A stretch of 64,000 nucleotides of DNA from the human T2T-CHM13v2.0 reference genome, Homo sapiens. The notes under the pieces are model-generated. The model was not told where the DNA came from and did no database searches. It was given only the letters and a program-made list of their open reading frames with translations. The stretch lies in the NCBI RefSeq assembly GCF_009914755.1, contig NC_060929.1; one strand, given 5' to 3'. A program made the position numbers and the translations under genes. Positions 37,676 to 52,908 of this stretch are shown piece by piece. Numbering within the stretch: the stretch's first letter is position 1; each line of letters opens with the position of its first letter.

Positions 37676-38469
37676 AAGCCAGCCTTTTTATTGAGAGGTC
37701 ACAGAAAGTCCATTTGCTCATGTGTCTCCACTTCCTCTTCCTCTGCCACCTACTGACATTTCCAATATTATTGTCCGTCCTTAAGGGCTCTTTTCTTCTG
37801 AAGAAGGATATTTTCATTTAGTTAAGACATCATGTTACCTGGAAGGTTAACACAATGTTTACCTCATTTTTTGCTGCTCAAAATGGAGTTCTGGAGCAGC
37901 AGACCCTCAGGCCCAACCCTAGACTGAGTCAGAATCCACATTTAAGTCAAATTTTCAGATGATTCATATGCACACTAAAGCTAAAGAAAGACAAGTCTAT
38001 AGGAAGTTGTCCTCCAGGAGGCAAGCTATAGGAGGCAGGGACCCTGTCTATCTTATTCACGGTTGTGCTGTCATAGGAAAGATTTACAGTAATATAGAGT
38101 GAATGAATGGATGTGATTAGTAAAGAAAATTAAGCATTTTATTTAATATGAGTCATATAATATGGGTCAACAAGGCTTTCGTTGGATGTCACTACGATAG
38201 GCAGAGTCAGATCCTGTATATAATGTACTCAACATAGCATAATATTTGTATCCACTGTATTAGTATGATTTAGTTTGCTTGGCACACATGCTGTGCTCTA
38301 ATAGGTATAGTGAGTAATTCTATTTGCATTAACGCTTTATAAAGGACGTTCATGCATCTTACTTTATGTACTCTCTACAGTGTGCATAGACTTAACTCTG
38401 TGAATCAGGTGAATATGGGTATCTTCACCTAATTACACAGGAAAACACAGGATTAAGAGATTTGTGGAG

Positions 38470-38784
<315 letters not shown>

Positions 38785-40218
38785 TTAATAGTGAGTTAAT
38801 GCCACACTAGAATTTGCACTCAAAATGCCTGAGTTGCTATACTACTCTCTAGCTACCTACCACTGAAGGCTTCCATTTAGAACTCCACATTGTATATTGT
38901 ATGTATAAACTAGCAGTGTATATATAAACTAGTTCAACAGCATTGTATATATAAACTAGTTCAAACTACTATAGAATGCACATGAAAAAGTCATAATAAT
39001 AGGTAATAAAATGTTTTCATTTCAAGATACATTTTTCTAGTTTTATATATAGTTTTTTCCATAGTTCTGTGTAACTAAATTTATTTATTTATTTATTTAT
39101 TTATAGAGATGGGGGGTCTTGCTATGTTGCCCAGTACAGTTTTGAACTCCTGGCCTCAAGCTATCCTGCCTCCTCAGCCTCCACAATAGCTGAGGTTTCA
39201 AGCATGAGATACTGTGCCTGGTCTGAGTAACCAATTAATGCCTACAATAAAACTCCTGAATGAATATTGGAACTACAGGTATGTAAAGATTTTTAAAAAA
39301 TAAATTTTAAAATAAAGTCTTATTGGATATTCCTCAGACAGCTAACATGAAAATGCTCTTCCTTTTGGAACTTTATATCCTTGTGAGCTGGAGAAGAGAA
39401 CACACTTTATTTTATGGAACTGTCACTTTATTTTTTGAATCAGAAAGTAAACCTTCATTTCTTTTAGATGACACTCAGAATAATCTCCACATCATGTAAT
39501 TTTCTTCTCAGTTCACCAGAGGATATTTGTGGCAGTGAACCTCAAAGATGGATGTTTAAGATAATGTTATGACGTTAGAAGCAAAGTAGATAAGAGACAT
39601 TTGGAAGGAATTCATGCCAATCCAATACCCTTTTATAAATTATTCTTTCCTCACCTATTTTTATGTAGGAATGTCATTAGACGGATTCAGCTACCTGTTC
39701 AGTAGACTTTCTTGTTTAAACCCAAGAGTGAGGACTGTTTCTTAGTCATCTTCATATCCCTCAGACCTTTGTATGTGACACTGTCTTGCATTCAATATCA
39801 GTTCAAATATTTGTTTAGTTAAATTACTCAACTGCATTGTGAGACTCCATATTTACATTCCCTAGATGAATCCCCCCAAAACTCTAAAGTAATAACAATA
39901 AACACTAAACTGAATTCTAAAACTATCCTAAAATAGATTAGAATGAGTGTTTTCAAAATGTAATTTAACTTCTACAAAGCCTGCCCTTAGCGCGAGCACC
40001 ACACATGGCATCCCAGGAGGCTTTTCTCCCCAGCGCCTTCTCCATCCCTCCACTCTGGGTCAAAGTAGAAGGACAATAAAATTGGTTAAGACTAGCAGAT
40101 CATGCACCAAAGATCTGAATATGTTTTATTCTAGAAATAAGTGACAAATGTAAGCAAAGTTTTACCTGAAGAGACCTGAAGAGAATAAAACAATAGCTTC
40201 CATATATTGAGAACTTAT

Positions 40219-40525
<307 letters not shown>

Positions 40526-41974
40526 TTAGACTTTGATCAACAGGATCGATTATATACAGCAGGGGTTTGCATCTTTGGTTGCACATTAGAATCCTCAGAC
40601 ACACAGGTACTGTACTGAGTTCTTTGCAAATAACAAGCCCCACTGTTATTGTTTCCCATTTACAGGTAAGGACATATGGGGAAACCAAGACATACAGCAA
40701 GTGAATAACACAGCTAGTGAGTGGCAGAGCTGGGCTTTCAACTCAGGCTCTGGGTCCCACGTCATTGCTGTCTATGCTATGCTGCCTCTCCAAAGGGATT
40801 GTTAAACTTTTCTTTTTCTTGTAAGTGAATTAAAACCTTTTCCATCTCTTTCCATTCCCACTTAGAACTAATTTGTTCTGCATTCCATTCATAAACCTCA
40901 CTGGATAAACTTATTCATCATCCAAATTCATATGAAAAATCCCACTCTAAACTTATTCATAAACCCATCATCAAAAATCCCACTCTAAAATGAGCATGGG
41001 AAGCAAAGATTTTAAGAGATTCCAGTGCCAATCAACTTTCCTGAATAACACATTTTGTTTAGCTGGAAAGCCAAAGGAGCGATGCTAATGTAACTATGAT
41101 ATTAGTATGATATTAGTGGGCCATGATGCGTCTGAATAAGCGAGATAGTCCATGGATGCCCAGGCAGATGGTTTCTTTCTGGAACTCAACATCTTTATCT
41201 TTATGTCAAGAATTTTGAACTGCATGATGGCTAAGGTTCCTTCCATGTCTGTGTTACTGATCTCAGCTTCACTATTTCCCAGGGATGTGGGTGGGCACCT
41301 GACACCCAGGGTTCCATTATATTCTGGGAGACACTTGAAGCAAATGTGAAGGACAAAAGTGCCAATAAAGTGAAACAAGTATATGTAGTGACAAAGCAAT
41401 ATTCAGTTTATGAAAAATAATGCAAAGGAATTTCATGAAACCCAAACAAATGTAGGCATTTGTTGATTCTCCTCAGTATAGCAAATGAAACAGGTGTCAA
41501 TGTGGAGGGCAGAATCCATTGTTGTTTGTCAATTACCTCTTCTTCTACTCTTGACCAGGGTGTCATCTTTTTTACACAGTAAATGCCTATAGGGCACCTG
41601 CTATGTGGCAGGCACTGGGGATTATGTAATAAAACTGACATCCTTGTCCTCATGGAGTTTATATTCATTTTGGATGGAGCCACACTTTGTCCTTTTTTTT
41701 TTCAGATGCTTATTTATATTTTTAGTGCTCTTACTGGGTAAAATGTATCAAGTTGTGTAAAATTAGACAGGAATAAAGGTATTACACCAAAAACATCTTA
41801 AATTCCCTGCCTATTGAATGGCAGTGGAGAAACCCAGGAAGGGATGAGAGTTTGAAGTGCAGCTTTGAGGTATCCCCCATGTGAACTTGTGCAATGGTAC
41901 AGCTCCATGTTTAACTTGATAGTTTTTATCTCCTAGAACAAATTAGCCTGGAAAAGTGGCTTTTGAAAAATGGT

Positions 41975-42529
41975 CTAACCCACCAATACCATTACTAGGT
42001 ATATAGCCAAAAGAAAATAAATCATTCTACCAAAAAGACACATGTACGTGTATGTTCATCACAGCACTGTTCACAATAGTGAAGACATGGAATCAACCTA
42101 GGTGCCCATCAAGGGTGGATTAGATAAGGAAAATGTGGTACATATACACTGTGGAATACTACGCAGCCATAAAAAAGAATAAAATCCTGCTTTTTGCAGC
42201 AAACGTGGATGCAGTTAGAGGCCATTATCCTAAGTCAATTAACACAGGAACAGAAAACCAAATACCACATGTTCTCACTTATAAGTGGGAGCTAAACAAT
42301 GGGTACTCATGGACATAAAGATAGCAACGATAGATACTGGGGACTACAAGAGGAGGGAGGGAAGGAGAGGGGAAGGGTTGGAAATCTAACTACTGTGTAC
42401 CATGCTCAATACCTGGGTGATGGAATCACTCGTACCCCAGACCTCAGCATTATACAATATACCCAGGTAACAAACCTGCACATGTATCCCCTGAAACTAA
42501 AATAAAAGTTGAAACTATTAAAAAAAAAA
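41975..42529 (+). mobile_element. 5'-truncated primate L1 3' end (old L1PA-like)
   Basis: ORF2 tail MWYIYTVEYYAAIKKN, L1 3' UTR, AATAAA and A tail. Confidence 0.9.
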
Positions 42530-43575
42530 GGACTGAGATATTTATAAGCCCAGAATGAAAAGCAAAACACCAACTCACTCAGCAAGTGGAGGCAGAGGTT
42601 CCTCTTGGTATTTCTCCTTCAAAAGCAACTGTATAACAGTTGTCTCCTCCATCTTCCCACCCCCAGGAATTCCCCAGAATCATTGCATCCCTGCCCTGTG
42701 CTGTCTTCCCATTATGACGTTTCTTTCTGCTATCGAAGAGAGCTGACTGCACCAGATTATGCAGAGAATAAATAGGCCCCCAGACTTCCCTGGAGTGGTC
42801 CACGGGGCAATGCTATTCAGAAACACTGGCTGATTGTAACAATTGTGGCCTCTTCTCCTACAACAGTGATGCTCTTAGCTGCTCATGTTTCTCAAGACAA
42901 CAATGTTGACTTTGGAACCTGTGATCTCTCTGGTCACATACTACACTACAGACCAGCCACCTGAACTTGGAAGCACAGCTGAACTGGAAGAAAACTGCTG
43001 GAGACTTTGCTTATTTCATAGTATATATAATGAATAGGAAATATAAAGATATTCTTTAAGTTAAATTAGTTTTGTCCTCTATTTTCCTGAATATACTATC
43101 TTCTGAGCTTCTGGACTGGGCTGCCTTTCAGTCTCCATTAGCTTGTGGTTGCTTTCCTAGAGAAGCTGGGAGCCCTTTGGGCTTTGCCAGGGCAGGAGCT
43201 TCTCAGAGTGCTTTCAGAATGTGGTGCTTACCCAGTGCTAAGATCTAGAATATATTCACCCAGCACACTTCCACTTTCCTGTCCCCACAGCCTAAGGCAG
43301 GGGATGAGGGAGTTTGGAATGGAAGGTTGGGCCTCGGGAAGTTCTCTTCTTCTTAGCAAGTAAGGAGTGATGCAACCACTCAATCGTCTACAGGGTATGA
43401 CTCAATGGAGGAAATTGTAACTCTTCCCTCCAGATGCTTCTCACCCCAGGCCCTTAGAGCTGCCTGCTATTACTCAGGGTGATAAGCAGCACCATGTTCC
43501 CAAATTCCACCAGGTTTCAAACATTCAATGATCTACAGTTTCTTATTATGAATACTGTTGAATTAAGATCTCTGA

Positions 43576-43971
<396 letters not shown>

Positions 43972-44109
43972 TAATTTGAAAGAATCTCGTTTGAGCTGTA
44001 AGGCAAGCCTGGATGTTTGTTTACAAGAAAAATAAACATTGGTGTGTTTGGAGCGTAAGGCAAGTGTGTTTTTCTAACATTGTGCATCTGGTAATAGGAA
44101 TCGCTTAAG

Positions 44110-44828
<719 letters not shown>

Positions 44829-45329
44829 TAAACAGCCGGATTTCCCTGGTGGATCCTTTGCATTGGAAGCACTTTTACTGCTCCCTTTGGCCTGAGGGAC
44901 TGTTTGTGGTAGGGAGGTTCAGAAATGGTACTATATTCTAAAGATGCACTTAGCAGCAATTTCTGGACTTCAGAGCCCTCTTCCCACAGCTTCTTCCTCT
45001 GAAGACTGTGAACCAAGTAAAACGTGGCAGGTAGCTTCCTGGAGTTGGGCAGAAGCAGATGCCTAGCCATAGTGGTCTGAGGATTTGCTGCTTGTGTATT
45101 TCCTCCTTCCCACTGACCTCTGTGGGGGGTTTGTCTGTCTGCCTGTTACAAATATCACATTAGTGTCGTTTCTCATTGTCGGTGTTCTCAAGCATCTTAT
45201 CTGCAATTCAAGAAAGATGTTTTAATAAAAGAGTTAGCTTTTAATAAGATAATCCTGACTTACTAAAACCACTGTGGCATAATCTCCTTTGCAATCACAA
45301 CAATGAATACATTTTAAAATTTTAAATAC

Positions 45330-46330
45330 TTAAAAACTCCCATTATATTCAGAGACACTTGCCAATTTGACAAGTAATGGTGCTATATCATTGTTGTTTG
45401 ATGTGGAACCCTGACTATGAAGGAGGTCAAGGAGATTTTCAGGTACTAACTGACTGTAATTCTGTAACTGATTATATTCTTTGTCCATTTTTCTATTAGG
45501 TTGTTGATGTTTTTCTCATCGACGAGAGCTCTTTGGTAAGAAAATTAGCCCTTTTATGTCATGTATGTGACAAATATTTTTCTCAAGTTGTAATTTGTCT
45601 TTTAACTTTATTTAGATATTTATGCCGTGTCAACATTTTATAGTTTTAAGTAGCAAAATTTATTAAGTATTTTTCTTTTATGATTTAGATTTTATATTAA
45701 TCTGAGAAAGTTCTTCCCCAATCCAACATTTCATTTTAAAAAGTTTTACTCATGTTTTCTTCTAGTACCTTTATGGTTTCATTTTTATATTTAAATTTTT
45801 CATTCATCCAGAATTGATTTTCCTGTAAGGAGTAAGATATGACTTCTTTTTTTTTTTTTTTCTTTTTTTGGGACACTGTCTTGCTTTGTCATCCAGGCTG
45901 AAGTGCAGTGGCACGAACACAGCTCACTGCAGCCTTGACATCTGGGGCTCAAGCAATCCTCTCACCTCAGCCTCCCAAGAAGTTGGAAATACAGGCATGT
46001 ACCACTGCACCCCACTAATTTTTGTATTTTTTGTAGAGACAGGTTTCATCATGTTGCTCAGGTGAGTCCTGAACTTCTGAGCTTGAGTGATCTCCCCACT
46101 TCAGCCTCCCAAAGTGCTGGAATTATAGGCGTCAGCCACCACACCCAGCCCAACTTCTTTTCTTCTAAATGACCAGCCAATTAACCCAACACCATCTATA
46201 GTGTAAACTATATTTTACTCCCATGAACTTAAAATAACATCTTTAACATGAATTTATTTCTGGGCTATTTCTGCTTAAGTACCAAACTTTTAAAATTCCT
46301 CTATCTTTATAATACATTTTTAATAATAAG
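45330..46330 (-). mobile_element. Old L1M ORF2 fragment with an inserted AluJ (45846-46151)
   Basis: T-rich reverse L1 motifs (TTTGTCCATTTTTCTATT, AACACCAT). Confidence 0.65.
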
Positions 46331-46358
46331 AAATGCAAAGGTATTTTAACAAGATTTA

Positions 46359-46590
46359 GACCAGCCTGGCCAACATGGTGAAACCCCGTCTCTACTAAAA
46401 ATACAAAAATTAGCCGGGCGTGGTGGTGGGTGCGTGTATTCCCAGCTACTCAGGAGGCTAAGGCAGTAGAATCGCTTGAACCCTGGAGGCAGAGGCTGTA
46501 GGGAGGAAGAGGTTACAGTGAGCCGAGATCACACCATTGCACTCCAGCCTGGGCAACAGAGCAAGTTTCCGTCGCAAAAACAAAACAAAA
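46359..46590 (+). mobile_element. 5'-truncated AluS
   Basis: TSD AAGATTTAG. Confidence 0.88.
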
Positions 46591-47506
46591 GATTTAGTTG
46601 ATCACAAAGTGGAGGGGATTGGGGAAGACACTGGAGGCAAGGTAATAAGTGAGAAGGCAGTTGAGTCACCCAAGCATGGCAGGATAAATGCTTAGGGGAA
46701 AAAAGGACCTACCTTCAGCAGAATTCAGTGATCTGTTGGAGACTAGGGTCAAGAAGAACAAAGGATGGGCCAGATTCAAAGATTATCAGAGAAAAGGAAC
46801 TAAGCCTTTATCTCTATTGCACTAAACTGAACTGAATCAGTCCAAAGATACAGGTTTCGGTACTGGGAGAAAGATGCTATCATCAAACAGTCATAGCTTT
46901 GTATATCTTCACTTAGGAATTTTGCCAAATTTCAGATCAAGTCATATTTATTGGATTTGGCTAGTACAACTTCTTGGAAATTACACACACTTTAAGCATT
47001 TATATTCCTGGTGAACAATTAGTTTTAATATACTTATTGGGCTGAGTTAATATGAAGTACTTACAGTTAATTCAAAGATCAGCTTTGTGGGGTGAGATTC
47101 ATGTGATTATTCAGCCATACTGCCTGAGGAGCATACTCTGATACTTGTGGAGGGTATATCCTGATAAAGCAGCGATTTGAAGTATTGTGGGTTGCCTACT
47201 ATTTATAGAACACTAGATATGAGGAGGCAGATATGAAGCCTTGACTCTTGTGGTCAGCCTGACTGGACAATAACACAGACAGCATCACTCTGTTGGTCTT
47301 GACTACTTAATTACACATATCTAGAAAAGTTTATTTTGAACAATTGCAAATAATGTTTACAATACAACAACTCTTTTTCTCTTTTTTTAGACTAAAAAAT
47401 CATTTAGAAAAATAACACACATATAAACATACTCTCTCTGTATATAAGTTAAATGGTATAAACCATTATAAAGAAAAAGTGTAGGGTCCATACTCTCCCT
47501 GCCTGA

Positions 47507-47791
<285 letters not shown>

Positions 47792-48084
47792 TAAATATCT
47801 GTGAAAGTCTTCTGAGGCATTAATATTACCTGCCAGAAATAAACTGATAATAAGTGATGTTCCCTATATTGTTCCACAGCAAATTGGTAAAGCCTGTGAT
47901 TAGTAGTTATTGAATGGATAACTACTTAAAAATTCATATAATGTAAAAAACATCCCCAAATTTTTTGAATCTATGCTAATGTAGTCATAGACTTTTAAGA
48001 AAAGCAGCAATTTAAAGTATTGTATTGTTACTTTAATCAAGCATCATTCAGTGTTTTATAACAGAAACATGGTGCAAAGATACA

Positions 48085-48179
48085 AGCACACATACATGTA
48101 AATATACACACATATATACATATAAATATCACATACAAAGATACAAATACACACACATATACATATACATGCATATGCA

Positions 48180-48213
<34 letters not shown>
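48085..48213. repeat. (CA)/(TA) compound microsatellite
   Basis: Direct reading. Confidence 0.9.
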
Positions 48214-48214
<1 letters not shown>

Positions 48215-49336
48215 AGCATCTGCATCCTGTCTGGCATAACTTTGCCCTTTTCTGCTCTGTTCACATCTTTTTGGCTACCGTACCTTTAGCTTGAATTCTA
48301 GCTTTTCTGTTGGTGAAGATGAAATGAAGTAACCTGAATCCTGAGTCAGTAGGGCCAAATTTGATAGGATGATTGGCTCCAGTACGGGCTCCTGATGAAC
48401 AGGGCTGCCTGGTTCTTGGGCAGACCCCTGTATTTGAGGTCACACAGATATTTCCCGAACCATGTGCCCCAACCAAGGAAGACTGCTCTATGAGTTAACT
48501 GAAAGTGGACAATTAGGGAGCCTCATTTCCCAAAGTTATTAACCTCTCCCTTCTCTCTCTTTTTCACTGGAAACACTTTCCAAGGAAGCTTATAATAGGG
48601 TTTAGCTTTCTGGAAAATGAAACTTTTTTAAACCTTTCTTTCATGGAAACCCAAACTTTCTCAATGACTTTTACAAAAGGTTGTTTTTAGAGTTACACTG
48701 GCTACACAGAAAAACTATTATTTTAATGTGCTACTTATTCTCAAGTATGTGTGTTTTGTGCATAAAATTGACTTATATACTAGCATATTATTCATATCAT
48801 AATATGCTAGTATGTGAGATTTTTAAAAGCTTTTTGTCTTTGCAAAAATTTTCACTGCAAGATCCTTTAAAGCAATGGCTTTTCTACTGGTCTAAAGTAC
48901 CAGTTTGCTGATCATTGCCTACCTGACAGGAGAGGAGAGAAAGAATTAATATAATGTCCATCCCTTTTCTTCATCCCCTGTAAGTTAATTAGTTTCTAAG
49001 TTTCTTGAATCTTCTTCCCAAATTTTTCTCTAATTCCCATTATGGCTTTAGTCTGGGTTCTTACACCCAAACTTAGAATTATAGCAATAACCTGCTAATT
49101 GCTCTCCTTAGAGTAGCTTATCGCTTTCACTTCAATCCAACCCGTGCATTAATTTCATACAGATCATCTTAAAGCACTGATATCATTATATCTCTTTCTT
49201 GTTCACACTCAAGGGCTGCCCAGTGTGGATGGCATTTAATCCCATCATAACATTCAAAGCCTTTTATCATCTACCTTTCTTATCAACTTCCGAGTTCTCT
49301 CCATGATATCACTTATAAAAACATTTTGCAAATGAG

Positions 49337-49953
49337 GTAGTAGGCAGAATAATGTTCTCCCTCCAAAAAAAGTCCACATACTAATCCTTGCAATGTTAAA
49401 TATGGTACCTTATGTGGCAAAAAGAATGTTTCAGATGTGATTAAAGTTAAGAACCTTGGGATGGGAAGAGTCTCTGGAATTATCCTGGTAAGCCTCATGT
49501 AATCACATGAGTCCTTAAAAACAGAGAAGCTCTCCAGGTTGTAGAGAGAGGAGATGTGACTCTGAAAGAAAGGTCAGAGAGATGCAACGTTGCTAGCTTT
49601 GAAGATGAAGAAAGAGGCCACAAGCAAATAAATGGAAAAGGCAAGGAAATAAATTGTGCCCTAGAGTCTTCAGAAAGGAACACAGCCCTATCAACACCTT
49701 GACTGTAGTCCAGTGAGACTCGTGTTAGACTTCTAACCTACACAACTGTAAGAGAATACCTTTGTGTTGTTTTTTATTTTTTATTTTTTAATTAATTAAT
49801 TATTTGTTTTTATTATACTTCAAGTTTTAGGGTACATGTGCACAACGTGCAGTTTGTTACATATGTATACATGTGCCATGTTGTTGTGCTTTGTGTTGTT
49901 TTAAGCCATTAAATTTGTGGTAATTAGTTATAGCAGCAATAGAAAACTAACAT
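49337..49953 (+). mobile_element. MLT1D-like LTR interrupted by a short L1PA 3' end (49774-49888, - strand)
   Basis: MLT1 motifs. L1PA terminus TTATACTT.AAGTTTTAGGGTACATGTGCAC with TSD CTTTGTGTTGTTTT. Confidence 0.85.
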
Positions 49954-52181
49954 ATGGGTAAATCACTACATGTGTACATGCCCAGTGTTTCTATTTGCCA
50001 AACAATCCTCCCACCTCTAAGCCAGGCCCAGTAGTGGTTCCAGATATGTTCCCAGGCTGGCCTACTGCCCGAAATGCCCTCCTCATTCCCTTTCACCTAC
50101 TTAAATATTCTCTGTCAGTCAAGTCCAGCTGAAGACCTATTTCTTCCAGATTACTCCCATCCCTTCCTTTGAGGGTATTGTCTGCACTCAATCACTGTTT
50201 TCCTACTTTGTCAATTGTTTAAAGTCTGTATGTCTTGCTTCCATAATTAGATTTCAGGCTATTGGAGGAACAGAGACCACATTTTACATTTTTTTGGGTA
50301 CTTCGTAATAATTGGAAAAATTGCATACACACATATGATCCACCCTAAATAAGCAGTTTAATACTAGAACATTTTAAAATTTAAAAATTTAAAAATCAAA
50401 TTATTGCCATTAGAAAAAGATCATTGAACTCATTGATGAAATTATAATGCAACTCAGTGAGGAAACAATCCTATTGTCAAATAACCTTCCCCAAGAAAAC
50501 ATCACTGCATAAAGAAAGTCATTTCTGTGCATATTTTAGTGGCAAGGTAAGCTGTAATAGAAATGAATGAGCTATCTCCAGTTGCAAAAGAGTTATATGT
50601 TACTACAGATAAACAGCAAGGTAACACTTTCTTACCAGCTCGGGAAAGAGATCAGCCTGCTTGCTAAGCAGAATGGACAGGTTTATTGTGAGGGCTTGAA
50701 AAGTAGGATAAACCCTGAGGGGTGCTGCACTCACAGTGCTTAGCTACTCCTTTGTTCACACCTTTATTACATTTAATTTTATTCCTTGGAATTGGAAAAT
50801 TCAACCTTTGATAAGTTGCTACAATTGGCATCCTACTCGGTATTACATATCAGAAAATGATTTCAGTCCTTATGTTTTGCTGCAAAATAGGTATATATTT
50901 AGCACTGGAAAAATGATGAAAAGCATTCTTGAGCCTCTTAATCAAGGAAAGTAAGATGAACAATAATGTAAGCATGGAGTGAGACAAGGATGAGATTATT
51001 ATTTGATGTTCTTATAATATTCTTAAGATTCTGATACATCCATCTGCTAATCCCTGTAGCTGCTTATTTGTAAGAGAACATTCATCATCAAGATCCTTTG
51101 GACTTTAATGATTTTGGTAATTATTGATTCCATTTGCATCCTCTTTTTAACCATGTGATTGCACTCCAGGACAGAGGAAAATTTGCAACAGGGTCTGAAA
51201 TTGAGCAGAAAACGTTTATCTCTATATGAAACCGATAAGCAGGAGAGAGAATGCAGAGTGTGCTGCTAAGTAACAACTGGTCCATTGCTGGACATCTGCA
51301 GTGTAATTTGGTGATGAGATGCATGCCTCCTCCACAGTCATAGCCACTGTCTCCCATTTTCACTGCCTCTGTGTCTTAGTCCATTGGACACCTAAACAGC
51401 TCAGCCCAGATGGAGTCCCCAGAAAGAAAAAGTTTCATTTTCTGCTTCCCTAAAATGGGTGCCCAGGCTCTATTTCTCCTAAATTGTCTTCCACACATTT
51501 TTTCAGCTTGTCTGCTGGCCTTGCCTGGCTGCTTGCAATACGCTGGGAATTCTGCTGGGTATATTGGTTCCAATGACAAGAAATGTATTTCATTCATCAA
51601 ATGACAACATGTACATATACTGCCTGATGAACACTCAATACCAGACATCAGCACGAACTCTTGTTTGTTTCAATTTGTTTACACTGAAGACTGTTCAAGA
51701 GTCTCAGCTTGTAGTTGGTAATTGATACAAGTAGAAGATGGGACTTAGCTCTGGCATCAGAGACCTTTGGCTTGGTTTGGGTGTGGCACTGAAGGCCGCC
51801 TCCAAGTGCCTCCTAACTGGTGACTGGGTCACCTTCTCATTCTGGTCCTCTGTTTTGTGATTGTCAGCATCTTGTCAGGAGTCACTGACTTCTTCCTCCT
51901 TCTTCCCACAGCACCTTGTTTGTGCTTTTCCTACAGCATTTTGCCTTTGGGTTAATTTTGATTGTTTAGACGTGTGCCTCTATGATAACAAAAATTAAGC
52001 TCCTTGACAGTAGAGAATCTGTTACTTGTATTTGAATCTCCCTCAGGACATAGCAAAGTTCTGTGCACCTACTAGACAGACAATAAATATTTGCTGAGGA
52101 TTTTTGAGTGAATAATGGCAACTGAATTGTTAACTTTCAGATTCCTATAGTATCAACTCATGGGATCTTCTTTTTTAACAT

Positions 52182-52908
52182 TCATATGGTTTGGCTGTGT
52201 CCCCACCCAAATCTCATGGTGAAGTGTAACTTCCAAAATTCCCATGTGTCGTGGGAGGAACCCAGTGGTAGGTAATTGAATCATGGGGAGGTGATTGAAT
52301 CATGGGGCAGGTAATTGAATCATGGGGCAGGTAATTGAATCATGGGGAGGTAATTGAATCATGGGGCAGGTAATTGAATCATGGGCAGATCTTTCTCGTG
52401 CTGTTCTTGCAATAGTGAATACATCTCATGAGATCTGATGGTTTTAAAAAGAGGAGTTCCCCTGCACAATCTCTCTCTCTTTGCTTGCTGCCATCCACAT
52501 AAGATGTGACTTGCCTGTAATCCCAGCACTTTGGGAGGCCGAGGCAGGCAGATCATGAAGTCAAGAGATAGAGACCATCCTGGCCAACATGGTGAAACCT
52601 CATCTCTACTAAAAATACAGAAATTAGCTGGGCGTGGTGGCGCGTGCCTATAATCCCAGCTACTCGGGAGGCTGAGGCAGGAGAATTGCTTGAACCCAGG
52701 AGGCGGAGTTTGCAGCAAGCTGACTCCAGCCTAGCAACAGAGCAAGACTCCATCTCAAAAAAAAAAAAAAAAGATGTGACTTGCTTCTCCTTGCCTTCTG
52801 CCATGATTGCGAGGCCTCCCCAGCTATGCGGAACTGCAAGTCCATTAAGCCTCTTTTTCTTCCCAGTCTTGGGATCTCTTTACAGCAGTGTGAAAATGGA
52901 CTAATACA
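52182..52908 (+). mobile_element. THE1 (C/D-like) MaLR solo LTR with an internal 6x tandem repeat and an inserted truncated Alu (52514-52770)
   Basis: ATATGGTTTGGCTGTGTCCCCACCCAAATCTCAT start, GGACTAATACA end, TSD AACAT/CACAT. Alu TSD AAGATGTGACTTGC. Confidence 0.92.
52270..52386. repeat. Minisatellite, 6 x 19-20 bp AGGTAATTGAATCATGGGG(C)
   Basis: Units counted directly. Confidence 0.95.

Noticed and set aside
50400-51900. Repeat-poor stretch that might hold a gene or conserved enhancer
   Set aside because: No recognisable coding or RNA-gene signal, and conservation cannot be judged from one sequence.
52270-52386. CRISPR-like appearance of the 20-bp repeats
   Set aside because: No spacers, primate context, lies inside a THE1 LTR.
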